50,568 bases of DNA from Ionaspis alba (GCA_964255285.1 CAXUUL010000036.1:1-50568); one strand, 5' to 3'; positions 1-13,041 are shown, numbered from the stretch's first letter. Notes: generated by a model not told the origin, from the letters alone. Made by a program: numbers and translations.

Positions 1-602
1 AAGTGAACGTATGAAAGGGAGTGGAGGGTGGAAAGGGTGGGATGAGGGATATTTATATTGATGATGAGTTATATGTATATGGTTGGCTTGCATGGTTTCT
101 CAGTGGTTGAGCTGCTGGCTGAGAGGATGGATATTTGGTGGCTCTGATGTGCTGACGTTTTTGGTGGTGGTTTTGATACCCTGTTCTGCTTTGTTGCAGA
201 CGTGTTTATCGAATGGATTCGTGGTTTGAGATGTGGTGTTCTTATTCATAGGGAGATCGACGCTTCGTGAAGACGTGCTTTCCAGATTGGATGCCTTTGG
301 CGGCGATATGGGGAATTGTTCCTCCCTCACGATTGTGCAAACCAGGACTAGATCAAAAGCTTCGTGGTGAAGCAGATGTATATTCATTTCATTAATGACA
401 TCCATGCTCAGTGTTTACAATGCTTATTCACTCGGAAATCCACTCCCACTGACCACAACTAGGGTATCAAAATAAGAAATCCACCCAAATAAAACAAACA
501 ACGCTCACTTACTCATACACGTCTTCATTTCAATCACCCACTACACAAACACATCACCAGTGGCACGAAGTCCTCCCAAACATCTCATCCCTACTCCACA
601 AC

Positions 603-1816
603 CTACCACCTCATCCTCGACCCAGCCGAGCTCGACCTTTCCCTCTCCCTTTCCCCTTCACTCTCCGACCTTCTCCTCCTCCCCGACCGTTCCGAAGCTG
701 GCGGTGTAATCTGCACCGCCACACCCGCCATCAGCCTCTCCTCCAGAACCCGCATATCCTCCGCCACCCACTCTCTCAAGCGATCTCTCGTCCACACCAA
801 CGCATTCCCGACACAGCGTCTCGCCTCCCTGTAGCTAGCTCCTGTAGGATCGTTCGGTGTCCAGCAGCCGACGCATTGGCCATAGAACTTCACGGGTGCT
901 AGCTTCTTTGATGGCCCAGTAGCAGGAGACGTGGATGCTTTCGACCCGTTAGTTCTAAGGACATGACGTGTGATTTGTTGTAGAAGACATCTTCTTTGCC
1001 GACGGGCTTTGCGGAGCTGCAGGGGGGCTGTTGAGCATGATTGCGGAGTTGTGTAGGCTTTGGAGCACGGGCGATCTGGAGCTTCCCTCCTTGCCCCTTT
1101 CCCTCGACGGTGAAATAAGGCCAGATTCGTTCTTCTTGGGCATTTCGTCGCAGGAGCGGCATAGGTGCCCATCGCGGCTAGTGCTATGTCATGGGGGAAA
1201 ACAGCGGCTTTGAATTCGAACATGCGGTCAGGCTTAGGCGCTGTGAGGTTTGGGCCTGGGAGGAAATTCGATGACGGTAGTAGTATGGTGCGCGCCCACT
1301 GCTGCTCTGAGACGTTGGTGTCCTCCTTGCTGGTCTTCATGTCCTCGACAATGGGTAATAGCATCGGGAGGAGGCTGTCGATAGTGCTTGCTTCGTTCAC
1401 GCTGTGGGCGAGCATGTACCGTAAGGTTTGTGTTTCCGAATCATTTGGGACCGGTGTAGAGGAAGAGGCCTTTTATTGCTTGCAGGAGGGAATCGATGTT
1501 GAAGGGGGGTTAGCGTAACACCTTCTTCAGCTGGATAGATTTTGCAGAGGCATATTTCCCTGAGGTAGCTACGTGATATGCATTGATCGAGCTCGGATCC
1601 GAAGTATTAGTCTGTGCAGGTTTCGCAGATGGTTCGGTAGATGGGGGCCTCTGGATATTCCAGATCCTCGACGACGGAGGCTTTTTCAATCCAGTCCAGA
1701 ATCCTTGGTGGTGTGGCAACCTTCACTCGTTTCTCGAGAGGTCTCCCGTTCTCAATGTCAGATGTTGATCTTCTCTTACCAGTGCTCTTCACTGTTGGGG
1801 AAGGGCTCAATGCCAT
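603..1816 (-). pseudogene. Frameshifted gene for a fungal PD-(D/E)xK-like protein (tentatively DUF7924-like); pseudogene or locally mis-assembled intact gene
   Basis: Coherent motifs are split across three frames: TAPKPD (ORF 603-1415), IWPYFTVEGKGQGG (899-1162), LQSLHNSAIMLN (955-1143), KEDVFYNKSHVMSLELT (899-1162). Removing six single-base insertions between 894 and 1145 gives one continuous protein. Further frameshifts lie at 1470-1650. Confidence 0.65.
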
Positions 1817-2289
1817 GATCATATATATCTTTGATTTTGGTAGCAGGCTGCCACCAGAGCTAGATCTTGGAATGGAAATGATGGGTCAAAAGACTTTCAA
1901 CACGTGTTTGTTTGCCGCGCTTAGGATAACGTGATGTTTTGAAGTCATGATTGCCAACCGATAATCATCAAAATTTGTGGCAGTTCAGAAGTAGCTTCAA
2001 GCTATTGTACTGTATCCTTAAGCTCAGCAGAGGTGTGTTTATTCAGCTTGAAGTGTATGTATCAAAGATTGGAATTGGCTTCTGCTGAGAGGGGCCGAAT
2101 TTATGGGAACCGAGGCATATATGACAGAAAGTGCCGAGCCGTGTTGAAATATACTATTAAGCGTCACCCTTGTCCATATACCGACTGAAATGGAAGAATC
2201 ACTAATATTAGAGCTTCTTCTCCAATCGAAAAGTCACATAGACTGGATCAAAAGATCTAAGATTTCTGATCGCCCCTTGTAGGATATAT

Positions 2290-5200
2290 CTATTTTGCCA
2301 CTCTCACCCTCCTGAAACAAGCAAACTCGCTCCTCGTACCCTCCTTCAGCTTCTTCAGTATAGCTCGCATTTCCGGAAGCTCGTTCTGAAGCCTCATCCT
2401 AGCATTATCATCCGTCCTCCGATCAAGCTCCACATAGATCTGACTTTGAGTTCCGCTCGCCTTGTCCGTGATATACTGGCTCAGTGTCTGCGCTATGAAT
2501 TCCACATCGAGTGTCGCTTGCATCAGTGCAGGCAATGTGTATGTGGAGCGAGACTTGAAGGTCTTGAGTAGGGATTCGGATATCTGCTCCAACAAGAAAG
2601 ATAGAATCTGAGATGTAAGAGATATGGCTGTGGTGGACACTTCTGTGTGCACATAAACAAGCTGTAGAAGAGTTTCGTACACGTATGGCCTGACTTCTGT
2701 GGGACGATCGGTATTTGGTATCCAGCCCTTAGATGAGATGCCCGTATGTACAACCTCCGCGAGCTTCTCTGCTATGGGTCGGGTGTAGGATTGGAAGAGG
2801 CGCTGGTCGATCTGACCTAGGACATCGTAGATGGTTTTTGATTCTTCTGTTAGTTTGACAGAAAACTCGGTCTCGAATTGTGCAATGAGTTGAGGAACAA
2901 TTTCTGCGCGTAAAGCCTTGAGATTACTGAGGGTTAGAAGAATTCGCAAGTTCTATGATCGACGTCAGCGAAAGCCACTGAAAAGGGTAAGACTGGCATA
3001 CTTTGTTGCTTGCGTCAATTACGTCCTTCTTACTGCTCAAGGATCCCACTCCCATCCCACTACTCATTGACGTATCTCTTTCTGTTGCCCAAGGGTTCTG
3101 ACTGAAATTGACAGGCTTCTCCGCGTTTTCGACCATACCTGACAAGGCTTTGTACAAGCTCGTTACAAATTGACTTCGCACCATCTGCAGAAGCTTATTC
3201 GGAGGCGGTGTAATGATGTCGGAGGAATTGCGTTTGGTGACTCCGGCTTCTGGAATATAGAGCACTTTCTGCGTTCCCGATAACACGAATGCTTCGAATG
3301 AAGCAAAATGAAATGGCATCCGTGTGATGTCTCGATTGTCAAGTCCACGAGTCCAGTCCTCCAGTACTTTGCACGTCTCTGCGTCACTGTTCCATGCAGC
3401 ACAGATGGCTCTCACTGAACGCTCTCGAGTAGCGCCCAGCAAGGCTTTTAACTTCTCTAGTGTGTTGCCACCTGAAGCTACAGGACGAATCGAGGCCATC
3501 TCACATGCAGCGGTACCAAGGAGGGCGAGTAATTTGCCGAGATAGTGTACACCACTAAGAGAGTTTGCATATGGCGGCCAGAATGCGAAATCCTCCCACG
3601 CTTCACCTCGCTTTGGTGATGGTGGTGGCGGGCTCAACAAGTCGTACTGAAAGCGGTGGTCTAATTTCGACAAAGGTGATAGTGTTGCTGATCGAGGGCT
3701 TGGAGGGTGTTCAGACGGTATAGGAGAGAAAAGCATCGACACATCTTCGATAGGAGGGTCTGCGAAGAAGGCAAAGATGTGTCCTCGCAATATGTCGACA
3801 AGCTCGACTGCGCCACTTTGTAGATCCCTGACACCATCCATAGATAATCTATGGTGTTTGCGGCTGCTTCCGTCAAATCCGATTGGTAGGGTTCGTTGCG
3901 CTTTGCCGTCGATGAAAGACTGGGCTTTCTCCCAGAAATCAATGACCTCTCCGAGTACACCGCCTTGGAGGGAAAGGAGGTTGTTCATGGAATGAATAAC
4001 AAGCTCCCAAAGTTCCAAGACGGGACCCGAATCGAGATGTTTGATTCTTTCCTCCGCGTTCGAGCGCGCGGGACTCTTCAAATGGATGGCAGATGCGAAG
4101 AGACTCGGCTTGTCCATATTCGCTAGTCTTCGTCTCATGACTTCGATCTCGACTCTAGACCGTTCGAAGGTAGAGTTGATTTTGTTCTTTAGGTAATCAT
4201 ACCGACTGAGTAGCCAAACCCATATGGGATTGTCCTCAACTCCTAACTCTAGGAGAACACTGATCAAGGCGACATGGTCTTCTTGGTGAGTTCGATCGGT
4301 GGACATTGCGAGATTCGCCTGTACGCTTGTCAAGTTGCGCCAAACATCACGCTTGAAGCTGTCAATCTGCTCTTCAATGTCTATCCACATACGCCCAGTC
4401 ATGACTATTTGATTTATTTGTGAATCCGTGAGTTGCGAGGAGTGTAAAACGGCAGAGTCAGCAATCGATCTTGCTTCGTCTGCATACTTCCGAGCTCTTG
4501 TGTACTGGCTAACCAGATTTTCGTAATCTTTACGCTTGATTGCATCTGCCACCTCTATTCCAACCTCGAGCACGCCTCTTGATTTCTCAACAGAGTCAAG
4601 CACAGCTCTAAGATTGTTCTCTCGATCTCTCCCACCCAAGGCTGGTCCCCATACCTCTTCTGCTTTGACAGCGACTTCGATCAGCGGTGCCTTGATCCCC
4701 TGCACACCATACTCGCTCTCCTTGATCAAAGCATGCTTTTTCTTATCGTTTGGCAGGGGCTTCAGGCTCACCCTTCCAGAGCTCGGTAATCCTTGCCCAC
4801 TTGTAGTCCTGAAGTGTATGCTGCTTCGGCTTGTGACACGAGAATGAGGCCGCGATTTGACGACCTCCGGCTCTGCACCTTGGCTGCGCATCTCGGTGTA
4901 GACATCATCGATTGTACTCTTCGCTCTCACAAATCTTTCAAAATTCGATTCAACAAGCACTTTGAGGGAAGCAGATTTTTGGTCGATTGATCTTGAAAGA
5001 TAGTCGAGACCTTGTAGTAGAGCAATTGTAGGAGTATTGGAGTGGACTTGCGAGAGATATAGAGCTGGATTGAATGTGGTTGAGGACAAGAGAAAACGGT
5101 TCCCTTGGGAGTCTTAGCTTTGCGAATTCTAACTCATGCACCTAAGATAGTTTGCTCACGAAGCCGCTGATCCTCTTCGACCGGTAGTCCTTTTTGCCTT

Positions 5201-5499
5201 AGAGCTCGAACGACACTGTCGGTAGCTCCCAACGGGTCGGGTTCGTCCTTCTGAACCAGATTCTCAACTCCATCTCGCGTTTTCTGGGAGCCCGGTACTA
5301 GGCTCCGTCTGTCGCTGCCACTGCGCTCAAGAACCGAGTACCTAGACTTGGGCTTACGACTCGCTATCTTTGCTGCAGAGTTGACAGGTCCTTCATTCTC
5401 TGAGGAGTCGCTCTCGTCCTTTTCTGTCGGCCAAGAGGTAGGATATGGTGTTGCGATGTTATAGTGGTTAAGTATCGTACGAGTCTGGTCCGTCATCAT
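2290..5499 (-). CDS. SEC5: Exocyst complex component Sec5
   Basis: Three exons; introns 5104-5159 and about 2953-3001. Motifs DEPDPLG, FLLSSTTFNPALYLSQVH, SIDQKSASLKVLVESNFERFVRAK and C-terminal LMQATLDVEFIAQTL...TRSEFACF are typical of fungal Sec5. Confidence 0.95.
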
Positions 5500-6893
5500 C
5501 GACAGCTCGCTAACCACGACCGCTACGGCCAATGCCTGTGACTGATCATCTGCCAATATCGAACAGCACCGCAATGAGCTAACATGTCTTTTTGCGCCTT
5601 CAATCGTCAATCTCACACAAGCTTCATGAGACGCTTTAGACGCACCCACCTTGGCCGACCAAAATAGCCTGCGGTAGCCTTTTCGGGCCTTAGCGCTGCA
5701 CTAGAGGCTCTTTTCGAAGCTCAGCGATCATTATTGCCTGGACAGTGGCCAACGCACCATGAGCATGAACTTACCAAATGAGGTTCAATCTAAAACTACT
5801 TTCAGCAGCCACACATACGGGTTATCATTGAGACGTTCCACCACTTGCGGCTTTATTTGCAGCTACCAGGTCTGCCTACACATGCATTACTATTTTGTGC
5901 AACACCTCAGGACTTTGCCACAACATTGGGGCTATAGCATGTCTTCTTTCATGTGCGGAGACCTCCTTGTAAGACCCAGAACATACATCCTCATTAGACA
6001 GAAGGATGGTTCCGGGAATGCTGGTAATTGCCGATTGAAAGTGCTGACGGTCCAGTTCGCCTCCGCATTGATGGGCTGATACTCGAATTGCCTGGCATTG
6101 CGGCACAGGAACAGACTTACCAGTTACGGTCTCTGTTCTTCGTGGGGTCGATATTGCAAGCTGTTACCACTGGTCGCACGACATGGCTAAGTGCCTGAAT
6201 CATCAGTCTGTGTTGAAGAGGCAGCCTCGCCTTCCTACTTGACAGTAGAATTGGCGGCTGCAGTGGGCTTGGCCAGGTTTCCTCTGTTCTTATTTTGACG
6301 AGTCAGCTGTTTGATTCCGCCAAAAGCTTAATGGCTATTGTTGTCTACGTCCTTCGAATCATCTTGAGCTTGTATGCGCCATTCACATGTTTAGCCTTAT
6401 CAGAGATGATATCTTTGATGTGTCAGACATTCTAGTGCTTACAGTGGCTGGCCTTCGGCATTAGCCCTTGGCCTTATTTATGCGCGACAGCACTGCCTCC
6501 TGGTTCTTGGGGGCCGTGGACATCAGATCATTTTCGCGTGGCATTAAGCATGTTGTGCGGCAGTGGAATTAAAATTAGAGGGACGAAAATATGGATTTTG
6601 CACGCTTCGATTTTCACGAACTGCGGCATGGGAGCCTCACAGCTTTCGTCAGGATGTCACAGATCCGAACTAACTGAATGTAACTGCAGTACCTGGAACA
6701 GGCTGTCTTCTGTTCCACAGCAGCTTTGACAGCATGGCACAGCGGTGATATCGACTATGACATAAGTATTCATGGAGTCCTTCCTCTCTCTCTCTTCTAT
6801 ATCGTGACTCTCCTCCTCATATTTCAATATTTGTGTATCTCGTTATTTTTTGGAGCCAAAGATTTCATATCGCAAGACCTCATCATCTCCACC

Positions 6894-8413
6894 ATGGCGA
6901 GCCCTGTTGTGGATGATGCCATCTTGGCCCAGATTCCTGCCATTGCTGCACCTGCCGGCATGCAGTCGAACTTGGTCAATCCGAGCAATGATCTTTTTGT
7001 TGTTTCTGTAGCTACTTACATTATCTGCATATTTCTAGTCGTCATGTCCGTCTCAATTCGAAGTTTTACCAAAGCCTACCTAATGCGGTCGATGCAAGTT
7101 GAGGACTGTAAGTGACAGCTGAAGCTCCCGTGCTACAATAAGCACTAACAGCATTTAGATGCTTCGATATTCGCTACTGTGAGTTCGCTTGCCTTGTACC
7201 GGCTATAGTTCAAGTACGTTCTTGGCTGACTTAGTAGATGGGGGGAATCGCTGGTTTCGGTCTATCGATCACCGCTCTGACTGCTGGGTCCGGATCTCAC
7301 GAGTGGGATCTATCTGTTCTACGAGTTAGCCACCTGAACAAGGTATGAAGGGCGTCGCGCCTTCGTGATCGAGGCTTTACTAAGGAGACTCAGCTTCTCA
7401 ACTTCGCAGTGATTCTCTACTTTCCCATCATATTTCTCGCTAAATTTTCTGTCTTGTGGCCCATGGTTAGGCTTTTTGCTCCCCACAAAACTGGCCCTAT
7501 CTATTGGTGTACTCTCATTCTCACCTTGGTAAATCTGTTTTTCTATTTGGCGAGCCTCTGCGCGTGGGTCTTACAATGCATTCCTCTGAGAAAGACGTGG
7601 GACTTCTTCAGCCAAGGAACTTGTTACATCAATCCAAACGCCCTTTTTGTGGCTGGAGCTGCCTTCAATATTATGTCGGACCTCTTGATGCTAGTGCTTC
7701 CACTATATAGCATCTGGCATCTCAAGATGGCAATTAAGCGGAAAGTTGGCGTCTCTGCAATCTTCGCTACAGCTCTGTTGTATGTGATCTCATTGTCGCT
7801 GATCAAGAGCCCGGTAACTGACTGCGCCTAGTGCTTTGGTTGCCAGCATCGCCCGCTTGATTTTTGCCGTTCAGATCCTGAGCTTCTATGACATCTCACA
7901 CACTTACCACCAAGCGAGTCTTTGGACGTAAGCGAATGCTCCCAGCCAGATGAAGAGATACTAACCTTCGTTATTAGTTTCGCCGAGCTAACAACCATCC
8001 TCATCGTCGGCTGTATGCCCACGATGCCACGATTCGTCCAATATCTAGCTGGTAAGACGCCAGCGAAGGCAGTGTACCAGTACTACAAAGACACCCCAGT
8101 TCTCAGGTCCATCCGTAAAAAATCATTCACGACTACCTCCTCCTCCATGGATACTGTCTCCCATGAACCTATGGTTGCCCATACTTACCGTCCACTCCCC
8201 GGTCACCCGATACCCCAAGAAGCGCATATATCTGCACCACCCAGGAAGGCCTGTCCCGTTCGAGAGTATGTATGGAACGAGGACGCCCTCGAACATGAGG
8301 ATAGCGGCCAAAGTGGGAACATCACAAAGACAGTGCATATCGAGACAAGCGAAGAAGCTCGAGCACAGTCAAGGGATGGTAAACCTAAACGAGGGCCAGC
8401 CTACTGGGTTTGA
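6894..8413 (+). CDS. Pth11-like (fungal rhodopsin-domain) 7-TM integral membrane protein, no CFEM domain
   Basis: Six exons, including a 20-nt exon at 7159-7178. Spliced product has PAPAGMQSNLVNP, VEDYASIFA, GSGSHEWDL, AKFSVL, QCIPLRKTWD, NIMSDLLMLVLPL, LKMAIKRKVGV and AELTTILIVGCMP, the signature pattern of this family. Confidence 0.88.
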
Positions 8414-8989
8414 TCTCCTTGCTTTAGCTTTCAGGATAAGCAGATGCTGGGGTCAAGCCGGTCCGTCGGTCTGCGGGCACAGGCGTTTGGGGTTTTGGAA
8501 AGAGGCGTTGGGCATGTTTTTCTCAATTCCCATGTTTCCACCATTTTATTTCATTCATTGCTTTGTCCATTGATACAAAGCGAGCAAGCGGGTCTACGTA
8601 CAATAACCGAACCAGTAGGGATATCAAACAGCCAGCAGACTGTAGAAGCCATATTGACTTCACGGAGAAAGTCCCAAACATCCCTTCCACCGCTCATGCA
8701 GTCATGCAATGCCAATGTCGCCGCCTCTTGCCGGCGCAGAAATGAGCAGTACGAACCGACCGCCCTCACTCCAGACTCCTACGCCAGCAATGCTGTTTTT
8801 CGTATTCTCGGGTCATGTCGTCGTGCCGCTAAACAACAACCTAAGAGGTTGGGGATTGAGGTATCATGTAGAAGCCTACAATCTCGAGTCGAAGAGGCCA
8901 TCATGTATGTTAAACGATCCATCCAACGCAATCTCGGGTAGAGAGCCCATCAACTAGTCGCATGACAAGATTCTGATGGAAGAGTACAC

Positions 8990-11606
8990 TCAAGCGAGGT
9001 AGGAGTATTCATCCGCCTCAATACGCTCCAGGTACTCCTTCTCGATGAGCTGGTCGATTGACTTCTTGATATCGGGGACTTTGGGTGTGAAGCGAGATTT
9101 GATCTGGTTGATCGTTTCCTGCACAAGCTGGACGTGCTTCATCTTCTTTCGGGATTTCATGATACGGACGATGGCAGACTAAGCAACCGATATTAGTATC
9201 GTAAAGTTCAGTCTAGTGGCTGTTGAAAGAAGCCTTACCTGCATGAGCAGTTTTCGATCTTCTTCGATCGTCTTGTGTGTGTCCTCAACCTCCTGCTTTT
9301 GTTCCGATTTCACCGCAATGTTTAAGTTGACTTTCACTTTTTTGCTCTTGAAGTTGTAGTTTAAAGCATAGGACGTGCCAACTTCAGGTTTGCCATTTTC
9401 AGGAGTCGGGAGCACGACCTTGGCCTTGACCAGGATAGCGACGGAGGGGGAAAGGACTTCGTCCGTCAGCGCAGTCGCTTTCTGCATGTCCTCGTAGGTT
9501 ACAGTCTCGGAGTCGTTGAAAAGAAGCATGACTGCCATTTGGTAGGTGGATACCTGGAATGTATACGGTACTTTCGTGTTTTTGATGTAATTGGCTTTCA
9601 TTTCTCCTTTACAAAGCTGCCATAGCCATGTCAATTTCCGACCGTTGTGCTTCTCAAAGTAGAACTTCTGGAAGCGCTCGTAGGTTTTGACAATGTCTTG
9701 TGGCGGAATGAACGCGGTAGTTGGAGGATTGAGTGGCCAGAATCCTGTGCCTAAGATGTAGTATGAGGGGTCGACGGCCTTCTTTAAATCATCCCCGTCT
9801 AGAACTTGTGATTGCCATTCCTTGTAATTGCCGTTGAGATCCTTGGAGATCTGAATATCCTGGAACATGCGCTGGAGCTTATTCGTATATTCAAAGCCAC
9901 AAGCTTCCTTCAGCTTTCCGATCATGCTCATCTCTGCTTCGTCAGAGGCAGAGCTCGTATGCACCAAGCGTTTCGCCAACATTCGTGAGTAGAACTTTTG
10001 GAAGACGTCCTTGTCTTCAATGTACTTGAAAACGGTCATTATCTGTACAAGCATATTCTCGAGATCCGCCTCCTCGGCACTCTTGGCACTCTTCTTCAGC
10101 AGGGTATCTGTGTACTTGGCAAGCAATTCAGGCGACCTAGTTGATCCAGTCTTGCAAGCCTTGTTACGATTGACGAACTCCTTGCAGGCATTGTCGAGAG
10201 ACCGAACAAATTCGGATTCTCCAGCGAACGCTTCGTCCACGAGCTTCTGGTATCGACCATGAACCTCAAGTAGTGCATCCACATAAACCTTTGGTTCAAG
10301 ATTGTCACCGTCAGCAGCGACTTTGTCGACGGCGGCAAGACCAGCCCTCCGGACATGAGCCTCGAACCTGGTCCGAAGCGGGTCAAGCCCGCCAGTGATG
10401 CGTGATAACAGTCTGTACATACGAGCCAGGTCATCCTGTCGTTCATTGTCGAGGAGCACTTGGAACTCTTCGCGGAAGAGCGGAGCGTGAGCTGTGACCA
10501 GCGCCTCCAAACAGGTCTTGTTCAATGGACCCATGATATCAGGATGTAAGTACAGCCCAACTCGACCCCTCTCCTCCTCCAAGCGTGTCTCTGCCTTTTT
10601 CATGTACTCCACCACACTATTCTCAGCCACAAATTGTGCGGATTCCTGGTCGTAGAAGGCTTTGGTCGCCTCCAAGAATGGTCTTTCGAAGTAGTATCGG
10701 TAGACATCCAATGTCGATTTTGTGCTGTCTGTTTCATCGAGACCTAACGAGACAAACGAATCGACAATACTTTTGATCTGCGCCTGCTCGATCGTTTCGC
10801 CGTGTCGCTGCTTCTCCACCATCTTCAGAACTGCGGCCATCACCATTTTGTGCACTTGCATGAAGAGGCATTCTCTCCACTGTACTAGGTGCAAGGTATA
10901 GACATCGTATACATCCTTCTTGCCCTCGTCGATCTCGCGCTTCACCCAGTGGCGATTGAGGTACCGAAACAGGTGGTTGGTATATTTGGCAGCTGTCGTG
11001 TATCTGTTCCATTCTCGGATGTAGAAACTCAGCAAAGCTTCATCGGAATGAGTTTTCGATTGTTCTTGAACGACGCTAAGGTGAGCCGAGAGGTAATTCT
11101 TCAGGTTGCGGTATAGGTCCTCCCCTAGGAGATGAGCTGCAACTCACGTCAGCATCAGCACTGCGTCCAGATGTCAATATAGTACTCGCCGCCTCGGTGT
11201 GTATTTGCTCCGATTATTCCACCTTGGCCTGAACTCATAGCTTTTTGAGATGTACAAAAGTTGTGAACGGCTCTGATGTTGTGTCAATAATCCAGGCTGG
11301 GTGTGGGGGGCTAATGTAGATCTTACGTGTAGATACCCATATACTGCGGATAGCTGTCAGCATAACCTACAACGCGTCAGAGGAAGCGTACCACCACTCA
11401 CTGTCTCCATAGTCACTCCTTCTCGGAGTCTACTCATGATTTGCTCCACGCCCTTCTCCAGATAGTCCCATCTGTGAAGAAAAGAATTGTCAGCCATGAA
11501 ATCTCCTCCAGTCATCACCATTCCTGGAGCCTCGGACAAGGAAAGAGAACACATACGTTGCCACGAGATCATCCTTATTGGGTGTGGGAGGCATGGTGAT
11601 GGCCAT
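8990..11606 (-). CDS. CUL1: Cullin-1 (SCF scaffold, Cdc53/CulA)
   Basis: Six exons. Motifs [70 protein letters not shown]. Last exon carries the neddylation motif [11 protein letters not shown] and ends YLA* at 8990. Confidence 0.97.
11137..11189 (-). other. GC-AG intron in cullin-1
   Basis: G|GCGAGT donor, CTGAC branch, CAG acceptor. This donor restores the conserved HRG-A-HLLGE; the nearby GT is in the wrong phase. Confidence 0.85.
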
Positions 11607-12217
11607 GGCTAGTAGCCTTCGTAGGCAACCTGATGGTCGAAGTCTAGGACGCGCTGGTTCTGGGTTCTCGTGATACAGTAATGGTGATTTGAGTGGCGAC
11701 AGTGAAAGTGAGGAGTTCAGAGAGCGGCGAGCTGTGGCCAAGGAGTGAACGTTATATTGCACACAAGTTGTCGAATTTGCGCAACTGAGGTATGTTCTTG
11801 AGTATCAAAGCAAGGAAAGACGAGGAACAAGTCACGTAGCTCCGCAGCCGTCGTCAACACCAAATGGCTTAAGAACCGCTGTGTGTAGAGGTTCGCGAGG
11901 CGAAGTAAAGCGTGGGAGAGGAAATGTTGATGTTGGACTTTGTAGGCTGAAGGATGATTTTCAGGCGCTTGCTGGGGTGAGGTCTCAGATTTGAAGGCAG
12001 GCAGCGCCGCATGACAGTTGCCAAGACCTCTCGGACATGACTCGTAGGGTTTGCTCATCATCATCTTCACTGTCGGAATCAAAGTTCTTCGACTCTATTC
12101 AAAGGCAGATGATACATCAGGCAAGGCATGGACAGTATCCAGGAGTTTCTGACCCATCTTTAGTAGCTCCTCACTGCCAATTTCGACAGAGATGATGAAT
12201 CGCCCAAGAAGAACCAT

Positions 12218-12757
12218 CTAGCAATTCACCGCCGGCCCTTGGTCGCCGTAAACCGGATCTTCCTCGAACCAACCCAGCTTGTCGATCCCTTTAACCTTTT
12301 CCTCCTCTCCCTTCTTTCCATAGCACATGTCCCACTGCTTGCCCTTCGGATAAGCTCCAACCATCTCAAAATCACCTTTGGGGTCCTCCAGTAGCCTATG
12401 TCCTACGCCTGCGGGCACAATCACTACATCTCCCTGCTCGATCTCAGCTTCTACTTTCTGCGGATTGTCCTCGCCGCCGAAGCATAGCTTCGCCTTACCA
12501 CTGAACACGCACAGTACTTCGTGAGTGGTAGAGTGGAAGTGCGTGGTGCTATACATAGGATATCTCCATTGTGGTACGACGACACCAGTGGCTCTTAGGT
12601 GGTCTTCGATCTCAGATGCAGTGGTAGATGCTGAAAAGGCGCCACGGTAGATTAAAAGCGGGCGGTTTTGGATGGAAGTATTGGGGAGGAGATTATGGGC
12701 CGGAATTTGAAAGCTGGAAATACTGATGCGTTTGAACGGGTTGATTGATGCAGACAT
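12218..12757 (-). CDS. Cupin-domain protein (YjlB-like)
   Basis: Single-exon 179 aa ORF with cupin motif 1 HFHSTTHEVL, motif 2 GDVVIVPAGVGH and the MVGAYPKG...WD...DPVYG tail. Confidence 0.9.
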   Translation of the reverse strand: MSASINPFKRISISSFQIPAHNLLPNTSIQNRPLLIYRGAFSASTTASEIEDHLRATGVVVPQWRYPMYSTTHFHSTTHEVLCVFSGKAKLCFGGEDNPQKVEAEIEQGDVVIVPAGVGHRLLEDPKGDFEMVGAYPKGKQWDMCYGKKGEEEKVKGIDKLGWFEEDPVYGDQGPAVNC

Positions 12758-13041
12758 GGTTATGAAGATGTCATGTCAGTGTGTGAATGTGGCGAGGAAG
12801 ATCAATGATGTTACAGAAAAGCTTCAAATGCTGTGATGCTGGGCCGAATAATAGCCGACGTCATAGGTACTTGTGAAATACTCGCGCTTTTCTCCGGGGT
12901 ATCAGAGCAACAATTGAAGATCACAAAGGCCATCCAATATGCCTAATGCGCCGAGCCTTTCATCGCTATGCATCATCCAAACGAACGCCCGCTCAACCCA
13001 AGCCATATGTATAGAGCTCGAGCAAATGGCAACAAAGGTGG

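Noticed and set aside
100..405. 101-aa minus-strand ORF
   Set aside because: No recognisable motif and low complexity at the window edge; cannot be distinguished from a chance ORF.
12218..12757. Recent horizontal transfer of the intronless, bacterial-like cupin
   Set aside because: This cupin type is common in filamentous fungi, and there is no compositional anomaly or mobile-element flank.
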